A stretch of 61,004 bases of DNA, filler included. It is 11 parts of 11 records of this genome, joined end to end, with 100 filler letters (N's around TTAATTAATTAA, not from the genome) between each part and the next. Parts side by side here need not be neighbours in the genome. Positions count along the whole stretch, not along the records: positions 1 to 4,793 come from SRR7504441_1071; positions 4,894 to 8,910 come from SRR7504441_1075; positions 9,011 to 15,187 come from SRR7504441_1082; 8 more parts are not named here. One strand, given 5' to 3'. The notes beneath the pieces were generated by a model. It searched no databases and had not been told where the DNA came from. It saw only the letters and a list, made by a program, of their open reading frames with translations. The stretch's first letter is position 1; every line of letters begins with the position of its first letter. Positions 1-11,810 of the stretch are shown here, piece after piece. The position numbers and the translations under genes were made by a program.

Positions 1-2238
1 CGTGCGCCGATATTGAGCGTTACAGGCGGGACCTGGCATCCAAGTTAAAGACTGTCGCCTCCCCGGAAACCCGCAGCCACAGTAAGCAAATGAGTGTGTT
101 CCCAACGCAACGTCGGAGTCGTAGAAGGTGCTGCAATGTAGATCATTCTCAGTCTTCAGTGACCGAAGTAGAAAGCGGATCACCTTCTGTTCCTGTTACA
201 CGCATCGACGTATCAGAAACTACGAGTTCGGGGAAGGAGACGCTTGGTACGTGGAGAGACCGCCAAATGAATGACGGATCGCCAGAGAGCAAGGCCTGGT
301 TTGGAAGTCGCAAGCGAGAAAAGTCGTCGTCGCCCATTGAAGTGGCGAAGGAGCGTCCGCCGTCTAACCTTGTGTTCAAACAATTACATTCGGAAGCAAA
401 TACAGTCGAATTTCACATTGGCGCACCTGGCTCATGCCAGGCCAAGTTCAATGGCTCGGGAACCTTCTCGTGCTCTCACCCGCTCCCAGATGGCTTGACG
501 TTGTCCTCGCATGACGGTTTGATTGAGGGGGTCGTGGAAACTATGCCGAAAGAGGCTGTTTGGAGGCATGACGTCACGGTAACAAATGCCTTTGGCAGCT
601 GTTCAGTTTTGCTCACCATTTGTTTCAAAGAGATGGCTACTGTGACATACGCCGTGAATGAAGACGACAAAGATACTCAGCTATCTGAGCAGGACGGTGA
701 ACTCGTTGCAGTAATCGTCACGATCTGTGAAGGGTTCTCATTTGATGATCTTTATAGAAAGGTTCCTCAGTTCCCTGGCAAGGGCACTCGTGTTGCCGTT
801 TACCATGTCCAATCCGATAAAGTGCCTACTTTGGTGAAAACAATGCGGAAGGAGAGCGATCTTGACGACACTGAGATCGGATTCTCCCAGGGAAAAGAAA
901 GCGGATCCACAGTTTCGGCCTTGGACCAGGGCCTTTGCCAGGGAGACGTAGGCGGGTCTCAAAATGCCTACGTTTCCACTGCAAAAACCCTGGTTCAAGA
1001 CCTGAACAGGGTGAGACCCTACGCGGTTGTCTTCAATTGGGAGTGCTGCGCTGGTTGTGGCGATGGCGGGTTCCCAGAGGGCCACATGTCAATGGATCTG
1101 ATGTGGGAAGTGCTTCGGCACGGTTCAATGGTCATGTGTTCAGACTTTTCCGTGAAGGCGCTTATTGCCGAATGGAGGGTGCAAATGCATAGTCGAACCG
1201 AAGGTCACTGTGTGTATGCAGGAAGATCTTTTGGGTCCGCTGCCCTTTGTGAATGTTGGCTCGTTTGCTGATCATATGCAACTCGGTTTTGACCCAGCCA
1301 CACTTGAAGGTTGCGAGTCCAATCAGGCAACCAGCTAATCATTGCTGTGACCTCATTATATGGAACTTGCAGCTACAGATATTGGGACAGCTGATTCCAT
1401 CGGGAAGCTGTTCGCTCCACGCGTCTGAGGACACCGTTTGCTTTACTGGTACCCCCTGCGTCTGCTTGCATGAGTTTGGTGGGCTGCAGTGGACAGCAAT
1501 GTCGATCCACAGGGCTGTTACGAGCTACAGGTCCTTACAGTTGTATCGGACATGCCTGGAATCGACCTGTCTAGCCTGCCAGAAAATCACATATGCAAGG
1601 TCAGGGCTCCGACAGCTGGGCAGGCGTTGTGAGCTGTTCTTTGCTCTTTACAGGCCGGCAAAAAGAGTGGGACAGCTGGTCATGTTATCCTCTCATTTCC
1701 TGGCGGTGGCTCTTTCCCCATCACGCCTGAATTCCCTTAGCTCAACCTGGATTACGGTTGTAACCTCACATCGGTGCACATTCAAAGTCGTACTTAGTTT
1801 GCCACACTAAGTTCGCGCTTGAACGTGTATCGATGCAGGCGGTCACTTGCTTGCTTCGTGTGGCCATTGGATGGACCTGACTCGTGTGGATGTCGACTAC
1901 TCGAACCTATACAGGGTGTGCTTTTAAGACCGAATGCCAGCATAGATCGTAGCAGTAATCTTCGCGTTCAGGTTGCAAGTTCGCTATACGGAAGAGAGTA
2001 TACAGAAAACGTGGCCAAGAAGTACAAAGAGCTCAACAACGAGGAGGATCGGTAGATACATTTGCTAGGCTCTCTTGACCGTGTCTATGCCTGCAGAGAG
2101 AGGTTCTTGCACAAAAAGGCCGCCAAGATGATCCAGCAAAGTGCCCCTTGCAACTACACCAGAGGGGAGAAGGAACCGTGGGATCCTGCGAACGGCGTCT
2201 GTATCGACTCATTTGTCGCGCACCTGAAAACCAAGTGA
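1..2238 (+). CDS. Multi-exon uncharacterised protein (5'-truncated) with putative Ig (He_PIG-like) domain and a globular C-terminal domain
   Basis: PLPDGLTLSSHDGLIEG...VTVTNAFGS resembles a putative Ig repeat. Motifs VFNWECC, GSMVMCSDFSVKALI, GHVILSF, ASCGHWMDL join after removing short GT/GC-AG introns (e.g. 1179-1221, 1327-1372). Stop TGA at 2236-2238. Confidence 0.7.
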
Positions 2239-2515
2239 GCAATGACTTGTTTTGACACTTGACATGTACACACGCTGCGATTCCGCTTGGTGGGTCTTGT
2301 GGAGTGGGTTTTAAATTCATTTTGACCCGGCAAAAATAGACAATTACTGGTTTTTACCAATAGAAATATAAATAGAAATATTTGACACTACCGATATCTG
2401 GCATGATTAAAGGCATCTATACTCGTACGTCAATGACTATTAGATCTAGATTCGACGATTCTTTGCTACCAGGACGGCCATCTAACGACCAGCTCAACGC
2501 CCTTCCCGATCACGG

Positions 2516-4181
2516 ATGAGCACGCTGGACAAGGCGATTGCGATGGCCCAGACCCACGGCGTAGCGCCGTTCCCGTCGTCACGGCACGACCGACAGGCTC
2601 GTCTGACCGGTCTGTGCCAACGGAGCCGCGGCCACTCGCCGAGCAGCGGGATCGGCCTCTCTTTGGCCGAGGCCATGTCGCCAATGCCCAACACCGGAAC
2701 GCGCGACCGACAGGCCACCATAGAGCTCGCGGAGCGCTACGCTGCACAGCAAGCCTGCCGTGAAGTGGATACTGGGCAGCAGCCGGCGGAGACCGAGGAG
2801 GTTGAGAAGGGCACTGAGGACGGGCCACTCGCGGCGGCTGTCGGCCGTCTGGTGGGCCGGTGGCGGCGGGGCGAGTGGGCTGCCGAAGCGGCGCTGGAGG
2901 CGATTGATGCTCTGATTCTGGGAGCCGGGGATCGTACCTCTGGAGAGCCAGTGTCGGAAGCCTCTGACGAGCTGCTCGAGCGGATCTTCGGTTGGCTGGA
3001 TAAAGACGGGAACGGTCTGGTCGAGCAGCTCGAGCTTACCACTGGAATGTCGATCGATTCCGCACAGGCAAATGCTGTCAGCGTGCGCTGCCTGGGTCGG
3101 CCCCGCATTATAGCGGTTGCAGGCGATACTGGGCTCGCTGCCTCCGCACCAAACGAGCAGCGTGGACTTGTTTGGCTTCAGTAGCTCAGCCGGCCGGCCC
3201 GGCATTGACGGGTGCGGGGCAGAGAGCTTCATGCTGGGCGTGGTGCGAATGCTATTTAAGGAACTGGACCTCGACCACAGCGGGGCACTCGACTGCAACG
3301 AGCTCTCGTGGATCGAGTCCGCATTTAAGTGCGAGATCCCAGCGCATCCGGCCCCGGTCACGGTGCGCGCATGCCAATCATCCAGTTGCTGATGTCAAGT
3401 GCCCAGGTGGACGGATTCGAACAGCTCTTGCTCCAATGCTCGGTCCGATCGCTCGAGAGTGGCCGCTTCCAGGGCGGACTACTCGCCATACTGACACTGC
3501 TCGAAGGGTGCCGGCTTCAGAATGGGATACTCCAAACGGATTTAGGCGAGGCCGCGGTGCTCCTGGCGCGTGCTGCTGGGCTGACTCGTGTCGGCAGGTT
3601 GAGTTCCGGTTGCGAGACCAGCTTGGTGCGGTGTTTAGGATGTTGGCTGACGGGCAGCCTGAGATGGTCTCTGTGGAGGTGGCAGCTGGTGAGCTTTGGA
3701 TGAGCCGAGTTTGCGCGTGGTTCACTGTGCGTGGGCAGGGCCGGCGATGGAGCTGATGGGTGGCCTGGCGCATTCCGGGGACGAGCAGCAGGTTGAGTTG
3801 AGTCATCACGACTTTGTGGACTTTGTGGTTCGAGCGACTGGTCTAGTGTATAGGAGTGCCAGTCTCGAGTCAGTTGTCTTTCAGATGTTTGCGAAAGATA
3901 CGAATCTGGTTCGAGACCAGTGGGTGATTGAGATCGGCCGGGCGGACTCGATGCTGATGTTCCAAGTAGCCGTGGCGCAAGAGTGGGCCAAGCTAGAGCA
4001 AGAGGTGGCTGGTTCGGTTCTCGGAGCGTTAGCTCAAGGGCTGAGTGAGTGCACCGAAGCACTCGAAGCCGACACCTCACAGCTGTCTCGGGCGTGGAGC
4101 ACTCAAGTGCAGTCTGGGGATCATCGGCCGGAGCTGAATGAACTAGACTTCATGGCAAGCATGGCTAACGCTCTAGTGTGA
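2516..4181 (+). CDS. Multi-exon EF-hand protein
   Basis: EF-hand loops DKDGNGLVEQLE and DLDHSGALDCNE in successive exons separated by about 40-nt GT-AG introns. Confidence 0.65.
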
Positions 4182-4483
4182 GCTATATCGCGTTATGGCG
4201 AGTTACTACCGTAGGCGTACGTGTAAGTAGTTAGCTTACCCATGGATCACAGACACTGGGTGCATGCTGACCAATTTTCCAGTTTAATCTACCGTCCTTG
4301 AGCTCGCTTACAAACAACTCGAATTATATAAAAGAGTACTGATTTAGTTACATTACTTACTGTCAGCCGGTAAGTAGCCGGTAAGACTGAAGACTGAAGA
4401 GTCAAGTAACGACAATGGAGTGAATGCAGTCGAAACAAGTTCGCATTATCAGCAGTATGTAAAGACCACGAGATAATCCAGGA

Positions 4484-4793
4484 TCAAAAGTCCCGCTGCA
4501 ACCCACGGCCCTCGATGCTGCAAGTCTCGGCCCGCACGTCTCCCTTCTTGCTCGCCTTGGCACGGATCTGCAAACAGACCACTCACTGCATCGTGCTCAG
4601 CTCCGGGTACCGTCATCTTGTCCTTGAGACGATCCTTCATTCCACCCGCCTTCTTGTTGGAGATCTGCCCATCCCTCAGTCCGGCTCCAGCCCACCCATC
4701 GCCTTTTTGCCCGCCGCAGCACGAGCGTCATCAGAAGACTCGGGACGGATGTAATAGTCAAATGAGGCCTTTGTCGGAACCTTGACGGCAAGC
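4484..4793 (-). CDS. IWS1: IWS1/Spn1 transcription elongation factor, 3' end only
   Basis: Spliced translation VKVPTKASFDYYIRPESS...VRAETCSIEGRGLQRDF* matches the IWS1 C-terminal pattern (RVP...DYxxRP...SIEG). Confidence 0.65.
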
Positions 4794-4893
4794 NNNNNNN
4801 NNNNNNNNNNNNNNNNNNNNNNNNNNNNNNNNNNNNNTTAATTAATTAANNNNNNNNNNNNNNNNNNNNNNNNNNNNNNNNNNNNNNNNNNNN
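4794..4893. other. Artificial contig spacer
   Basis: 44 N + TTAATTAATTAA (stops in six frames) + 44 N. Confidence 0.98.
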
Positions 4894-7800
4894 CATCGCC
4901 TGCCTCAGTACGTTCTCCCTTTCGGCAGCAAGCCGCTCCGCCTCCTGCAGTGCCTCTCCTGCCTGGCAGTTGGCGCTTTCAACTGCGCTAGAGGCAGTCT
5001 GACTAAGATTCTTAATGGACCGGCTGTGCTCAGCGTCTTCCAGGTTCAGAATGAATTGCATCATTGCTGCTAGACCGTGCTGCTGCTGCAGCTTATTAAA
5101 GAGGCCGTGCCATTCCACAGGCGACACATTACCATCTTTGTCGGTGTCCAGTGCATCAAAGAACTGGCTTGACTCGCCTGTGTATCCATTGACCAGCTCT
5201 TGCTTATCCAGCACACCGGTCTGCGCACTGTCTAAGCTGTTGAAGATGGCCTTGATTCGCTCGCTACACAGCTGATCGAACTGTTCGATCTCCGCCTGGG
5301 CCTTGTCACTCTGCTCCTGCAGCGCCTGCAGCTTGGCTGTCTCCCTTTCCATCTCTTCTGAGCTGGCTGCTTCGAGATCAGCCTCCATCTCATCGATCTG
5401 CAGCCTGTATGAGCTCTCCAGTTCCTTGATCTGCTCATCCACTCGTAGCTCCGCCTGATGCATCTCGTCTAGGCGGAGCTGGTTGGCCTCTGCAACTTCC
5501 TGCTGCATTTGGGTATTGAGTTTCTCAACAGTGGCTTCATGCTCATCCACCATCTCGCTAAGAGCAGCAGCACTCTTAAGGCGTGCAGAGACTAGTTTGC
5601 GTGACATCTCTTTCATCTCCTCTTCGATCTGGTGCTGCTGCTGGGTGGCCTGCCGATTAAGGTTCTCTATTTCTTCCTCATGCTGAAGCTTGAACAGTTC
5701 CAAGTCTGACTGGTGGTTGGCCAGTGCATTCTCCTCTGCTTCCATCAAAGATGCAATCTCCTTACGCAGGGTCTTAATTGTGGCCAGCAGCACCCAAACC
5801 TGAAATTTCTCCTTGTTCTTGGCCCTCTGCAGCTCAGCAGCCTTCGCTTTGGAGTCGGCGGCGGAGGCCTGTAGGTCGCTTGAAATTTGGGAGATTACTG
5901 CCTCATGTTTAGCTTCCATTGCTCTCAGCTCAGCCTGATGCTTTTGGTTGGCCTCTTTCACCTCCTGCGCACGCTTAGCATTGGCGTCCTTCAGTCGACT
6001 GTCTGCTTCTTGCATTTGATTCTTGACTGTTGCGTCATGCTTGTCCACTTCTCTGGCCAGTTCGGCGGCTCCTTTGAGCTTAGCTGCTATCAGGTGAGCA
6101 GCTAGATCCGACCTGCGTTTCTTCATCTGGTCACGCTCCAGCCGAAGATCCTCGTTAATCACCGCCACGTGGTTCGCCAAGTCCGCTCCCTGTTTGGCCA
6201 CGACCTCTTTAAGCTCTTCGCGGAGCTTGTTGCACTCGCTTACAGCTTGGTCAGCAGCTTTGTTGGCCTCCTCCACTCGCTGCTTTTCATGCTCCAATGC
6301 AGCCTCTAGCTTTGCCTGCCACGCGGTCTGTAGCTTGCGTGCCTCCTCCTGGCTCTTCTCCTCTAGCTCATCGATTCGCTGTTGCATCCCCTGGTTAGAT
6401 TGCTCGCTCGACCGCGAGGCCTCCTCTGCCTTATGCTCAGCTGCCGCCAACTCGCTTTGAAGCTTGCTCTTGAGCTCTTCCACATGGCTCTGGTGGTCTG
6501 ACACAACCCTGGACAGCTGTGAGCTGCCCTGCAGCTTGGCTGCAGCAAACTTGTGCGCCCATGTCGCCTGGGCCGCCGCTCTTTGCTTGACCTGTTGCTC
6601 AAGCTCTTTTGTGAGCGTCTGGAGCTGCTCATTCTCGGCTCGTAGTTGGAGAGTCTCATCTAGCAGCAGACTATTCTCTTTGAGCTGGTTCTCCTGGTCC
6701 GTTCTCAGCTGCTCTGTTTCCGCCTGTACTGCCTTGTGTTCCTCCAGCAGCTTCTCGAATCGGGACTTCCAGCTGGCGTCTGTGTCAAATGAATCGCCTG
6801 GTGGAGTAGTTGGCACCACCTTTGGCTTTTCCTTGGGCGTTGTTGCGGGCTTTCCCTCAGGCTTCGCTCTAGCAATCGCTTCTTGTGCAGCAGGCTTGCG
6901 GGTCTGTTGCGACAGCGTCGACAACAACCTTTCCGCTTCCAGCGGGTCGTGTGCTGTCCAAAAGCCGCTCCACTCATCAAAGTTTATGCTCCCGTCGCGA
7001 TCTTTGTCCATGGCAGTCATCGCAGCCACGCATCTTTCGGTTCCCTCGGAGCTGAGTACGGAAAGCATAGCTTCCACGCGAGGACCTTTCGGGTTTATTG
7101 ATTTGCCGTCATGGCTTGCCAGGTCAAACACTGCACGAGCCAGTTTGAGCACCTTGCTGTCGCCGCTCTGGGCGGCTTGGGCAGGAGATTCGCTAGCAGG
7201 TTCTGAGTCGGCTCGATCCTCAGATAAGGAGTCGCTCATTGTTCGGAAGAGCTTGCGCGCCCTAAAGCCGCGGTATGCCGATTGGACCATGGTGGCCGCA
7301 CTCTTGAAGTCATAGAGATGCTTGTCCAGCTTTTGCTTGACTCTAGCGGCCTTGAGCCTGTTGGTCTCGATTTGATTCAGCCGGAGCAGCAGCTGGAGAG
7401 GAGGCCGTCCACCGGGCCACTGTTTCTCCGGATTCAGAATGTGCTCGCCTGCCCTGTGCAGGAGCTCTGGGCTAGACCCGGATCGAATCGCCTTGTCCAA
7501 CAGCTGCTTCGCACGGTTGGCTGCGATCTTGGCCCCACGCTTATCCATCACTGGCTTGGTCTCCAGCTGGAGCTTCTGGAGCAACTGCGTGCCTTGCGCT
7601 TTCCGCTTGGCTACTGAGGCCGGGAAGATCCAGTTCACCACAATCACCTGGGGCAGATCAGTCTCTGATCTGTTGAGGTGCGCGCATCTGTTCCGGTAAA
7701 ACCTCCCAACAGCGTCCAACTCCTTCTGCAGGTGGTCCACGTCCTTCCGCTTCATGGCTGTATCCAGTCGTGAGCAGTTGTCGATCTCGGCCAGCCGCTG

Positions 7801-8910
7801 CAGCTCCACCTTGATCATCCCAATCACGCGCGGCAGCTCCTGCGCCCGAGCAGTTCGCGCCACGTTCTCATGCTTCTCTCTTGAGCTCATCTCCGCCGGC
7901 TGCTGTGCAAGCATTTCCGCCAGCTGCTGCTCGGCCTCTTCGACCGCCAGTCGCTCGAGCTCCTCCTGGAGCAGTTTCGTCTTCTGGTCCAATTCCTCCT
8001 GGATCACTTTGGCGAGCCCTGCCATGTTGCGCGACACTAGCTCAGCAGCGAATCCCGGATCCTGCAGCCATTCAACCATCTGCGTCGCCCGGGCAACCCG
8101 GCCGGCAGCCTCAGCGCTTCCGTCGTTTGCTGCCTTCGCCTCACTCTCATTGCTCACCACAAGCTGCTTGAACGCCTCGCATAGTTCCTGGCTCTCACCG
8201 TTTGCAGCCGCCAGCAGCTTTTGAAGTCGATCAATTCTGAGCTCTAGCTGCTGGACCAGATTAAAGTGTGCAGGCGGCTCGGAGCCGGACAGCTTGCTCT
8301 GTATCAGCTGCTGGAGCAGCGCCTCGATCTCCTCTTGGCTCTGCTTGACTGTGGCGAGCTTGTTTTCAAACTGGCCCCGGTCGACGCCGGAAGGCATCTC
8401 GACCCCCCGCGCGCCGGCAAGCTCCATGATGCTCGCCGCCCGGCTCAGGATCTCGGCCTGGCCGACCGTCAACACAGGCGCTGTTCAGGCACGCCCGACC
8501 TGTGCCAGGGGGTCGCCGCTTTCAAGCACCGAGTTCAGCTGGCGGTCAAGCCCCTTGATCGCAGCCGCCACGCTCACCTCACCCGTGACCGCCTTGGCAC
8601 CGGCCTCGGCTGCTATCTTCTTCAGGATCAGCTCGAGCTTATGCAGCTGGGCTGACGCCTCCGCCCGCACTGCCTCGTCCAGTTGGCGGTCTTGCGACAC
8701 CTGCCAGCACCTGTCAGCCCAGCCGCCGGTACGGTTCGGGCCTTCCTGAGGCGCTCAGCCTCGTCCTTCTCCGCCATCTCGCCACAGAGCCGCTTCACCT
8801 CCTCCCTGAGCTGCCACTCCAGCTCGCCCTTGCGCGTCTTGGCCAGGTATTTCAAGTTTTTAGACAGCACCTGAGCGCTGTCAGTGCGCCGGGTCAGCGC
8901 AGCGTGCCTC
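4894..8910 (-). CDS. Large coiled-coil protein with IQ motif and EF-hand pairs (partial at both ends)
   Basis: ORF of about 1200 aa; IQ-like VQSAYRGFRARK; EF loops DKDRDGSINFDE and DTDKDGNVSPVE; long E/K/Q/A heptad regions; upstream small exons 8480-8910. Confidence 0.8.
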
Positions 8911-9010
8911 NNNNNNNNNNNNNNNNNNNNNNNNNNNNNNNNNNNNNNNNNNNNTTAATTAATTAANNNNNNNNNNNNNNNNNNNNNNNNNNNNNNNNNN
9001 NNNNNNNNNN
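8911..9010. other. Artificial contig spacer
   Basis: Same 100-nt N/TTAATTAATTAA/N block. Confidence 0.98.
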
Positions 9011-9172
9011 CTAGTTACCCCGCTAGGGGGGTTCTAACTATGTTAGAAATGCTGAATCCAATTAAACGACTTGTCCGATTGTAGTAGCGGAACTTTCATA
9101 CTTTCGTACGCAGTAATACTTTCGGAGGAAGTTAGTAGGAAGTTAGGAGAAAGTTATTTTATCGTTGTGCAT

Positions 9173-11737
9173 CTAGAGCCGTGAGCTGGCTTTAAGCCGA
9201 AAGCGGAAGAGCATATCCGCTCCGGGCCGCTTGTCCTCGAACGGCAGCCAATTAGGGGTCGCAGAGTTCCATGCGTTCTCATGGAGCGCAAAGTGGAACC
9301 CGTGCCGTAGATCTGGCTGAGCCTCGCCGGCCCACTCCATCCACCGCAGCTCGCCGGGCACCACCAGCGGCGTATCCAGCGGCTCTAATGAGAATCCTTC
9401 CGGATGGCTCAGCCCGCTGTTGATAGCATGGAGGTGCCGCGTGCCATTTAACACAACGTCGAGTGGCGAAAGAGGCTGTCCCATCACATCCATCAGCCAG
9501 GCAGAGTGATTCACAACCCCTGCCGGCGCAAATGAGAGCCACGATGCTTCGCTGAGCCTCGTGGCCGCCTTCCCGAACCAAGAGAAGGTCAACTCAGCTG
9601 CCTGATCTTGCTTAATGATGGTCACATTTAGGAAAAGCTTAGATGGTGCGCCATATTTCGAATGCAGCTTTAACGGCAGGCTCATCTCGGCCACAAAGCT
9701 GCACGCGTTTGAATGATCTTGCCTGGACAACGACACTAGCGTCGGCATCGTGCTGCTGCTCTCTGGATGGGCCGAGTCTGAGCCAACTTTGCTGATGATC
9801 CCCGTGTCCGCGAACTCGCCGTAATGCAGAGCACCCCACAAATATGACGCATCAAAAGCACCATTGTCTTCCTCCGTGAATGTTTGGTATCGGTATATTG
9901 CGGCAGGACCCAGCTCGGGCCCGTCGCCGCGCTTTAGACTCGCCACCGCCCCGCTCGAATTCAGCACCAGACGCCACTGCCCGCATCGCTGGACGCGGGA
10001 CCAGGCCGCTCTGGGCAGTCTGATGAACCCGGATAGGTCGGGCGGTGACGGGACGAGCCCGGCCAGAGTTTGGTTCAGTGCACGTTCAAAGTTGCGCCAT
10101 CCGTCTGTCGGCAGCCGATGGGATACATTTAGCGGGGTCAAATAGTCTCGTCCGATGGCCCAAGAAGACTGCAAGAACCGATAGTCGTCCCGCTCTCTCA
10201 CTGCGTAGAACTGCTCATTAGACCAATTGCCTTTGTCCGTGAACATCCCGGCCGGGTAGTGCTGCGTGCCGAAGCCCTGGTTGTGTTCGGTCACACCGAG
10301 TAGTCTATGCAGGTAAGCCCGGAACCACGGGTCGTCAGGTTCAAGCCAGCCATTGGCCACATACTGCGCGCCCAGTCTCTGGATGGCTCGGAAAGCCTGG
10401 ATCTTGTAAGGATCTGACCCCACTAGATTCAGCCACGAGTCGCCCAGCTCGCCGGTCTCGGTCGGGATGTCGAGCTTGTCCCGAGCCTCCCAAAGCTCCT
10501 CCGCGAACTCATCTAAAGAGGACAAGACCAGCTTTGCACTCGGGTAAGCAAATTGTGTCGCCCGCCAAAAGTTGATGACTTGATCTGCTGTGGGCGGCGG
10601 CCGGTTGTCGACGCTGTACATGAACACGAGCGCTGTGTCCCAGTCCGGAAGCACCAGCTCGTCCCCATACGTGTCGGCTGCCTGCACCAGCACCTCATGC
10701 CCGGCCACACGCCAGCGGAACACAGCAGGGACAGCCGGCATCAAGCACGCAGCGTTCCAGCCGATATGAAGAAACTTAATCCCTTTTCTGGCGAGCGCTG
10801 GCACCACCGAGCGCGAGAATCCTGCTACGTCCGCTGACTTGGCCGCGGCCCTGCCCCAGGACTTGCCAAAGGCCTCGTTCAGTTCGGTCGCCTCACTGAG
10901 CGAATAATTGTATGTGAGGTTATTACACAGCTCTGGCTGCAGGTTGAGGCTATGCCCCTGCCAGATTACGTCATCATCCGCAATAGCTCGCTGGACAAGT
11001 GCGCGCGTGGACGCATTCGGGCTGTCCTGGCTCTGGGCGCAGCCGGCGGTGGCGTTGAACAACTCTTTGATCAGCCAAGGCCAGCTTGTGTACCTGAGCC
11101 GTGCTCCAGACGGGTGTGCTCGAGCCCGCAGCTCGGCGGCCACCTGAGCGTACTGCGGGAAGAACTTGTTGAAATAGTTGGCGCAGATGGTCGAACGAGG
11201 GTCGGTGCACGACAGGTCGAAATGGGTCATGAACACCATGTGCACCTTCCTGACCGCTGGCCGCACTGCCCGCCAGGCGCAGCATGGGACCCTGTCGGCC
11301 GGCAGCTGGTTGTTCGGATCGGGCTGCTGAACGGCACACGCGCCTTGCCGCGGCAGGAACGGGCACAAGTTGAGCTGCGAGTAGCTTGCGGTGGCTGTGT
11401 TGCCCCAGTTGATCCTGCCGCACGAGCCGTGCAGCATTCCGCGGAGCGATACACGGCGCCCACCCACCATCTGGAAAGTCACGTTGAAGAAGTTGACGGC
11501 CACGGTCCCAGCCGCTGTGGTCCAGCCGCTCTGGGCGGGGGCGTTGGCCTGCAGGAGCACAGCCCCGCGGGAGATCCGGAGTTGGAACTGGTTCCCGTGG
11601 TCGTCGGACCATACTGTGGGCATCGCCCCGTCCTGGCAGTGCTGCGAGTCGCCCCGACGAGGCCAGCCAGCGGGGGCGGAGGCAGCAGAGCCAACCGTAC
11701 CGACGAGCCAGGCCAGTGCCAGCAGCACAGCCGCCAT
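9173..11737 (-). CDS. Secreted DUF5054 / GH38-like glycoside hydrolase
   Basis: Signal peptide MAAVLLALAWLVGTVGSAA; KVHMVFMTHFDL, ADVAGF, GELGDSW...GSDPYK, VTEHNQG, KAATRLSEASW, GFHFALHENAW...DMLFRFRL; uninterrupted ORF. Confidence 0.75.
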   Translation of the reverse strand: MAAVLLALAWLVGTVGSAASAPAGWPRRGDSQHCQDGAMPTVWSDDHGNQFQLRISRGAVLLQANAPAQSGWTTAAGTVAVNFFNVTFQMVGGRRVSLRGMLHGSCGRINWGNTATASYSQLNLCPFLPRQGACAVQQPDPNNQLPADRVPCCAWRAVRPAVRKVHMVFMTHFDLSCTDPRSTICANYFNKFFPQYAQVAAELRARAHPSGARLRYTSWPWLIKELFNATAGCAQSQDSPNASTRALVQRAIADDDVIWQGHSLNLQPELCNNLTYNYSLSEATELNEAFGKSWGRAAAKSADVAGFSRSVVPALARKGIKFLHIGWNAACLMPAVPAVFRWRVAGHEVLVQAADTYGDELVLPDWDTALVFMYSVDNRPPPTADQVINFWRATQFAYPSAKLVLSSLDEFAEELWEARDKLDIPTETGELGDSWLNLVGSDPYKIQAFRAIQRLGAQYVANGWLEPDDPWFRAYLHRLLGVTEHNQGFGTQHYPAGMFTDKGNWSNEQFYAVRERDDYRFLQSSWAIGRDYLTPLNVSHRLPTDGWRNFERALNQTLAGLVPSPPDLSGFIRLPRAAWSRVQRCGQWRLVLNSSGAVASLKRGDGPELGPAAIYRYQTFTEEDNGAFDASYLWGALHYGEFADTGIISKVGSDSAHPESSSTMPTLVSLSRQDHSNACSFVAEMSLPLKLHSKYGAPSKLFLNVTIIKQDQAAELTFSWFGKAATRLSEASWLSFAPAGVVNHSAWLMDVMGQPLSPLDVVLNGTRHLHAINSGLSHPEGFSLEPLDTPLVVPGELRWMEWAGEAQPDLRHGFHFALHENAWNSATPNWLPFEDKRPGADMLFRFRLKASSRL

Positions 11738-11810
11738 ATCCGGCGCAGTACTCGCACTGCCCAGGAAGCCGTTGGACTTTGTCTCGCCAGGCATGGCGAT
11801 GAAATAGAGA

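Noticed and set aside
3329-3406. Apparent non-canonical (GT...CGG) intron in the EF-hand gene
   Set aside because: A canonical GT-AG intron at about 3363-3406 restores the frame (PVT/VDGFEQ).
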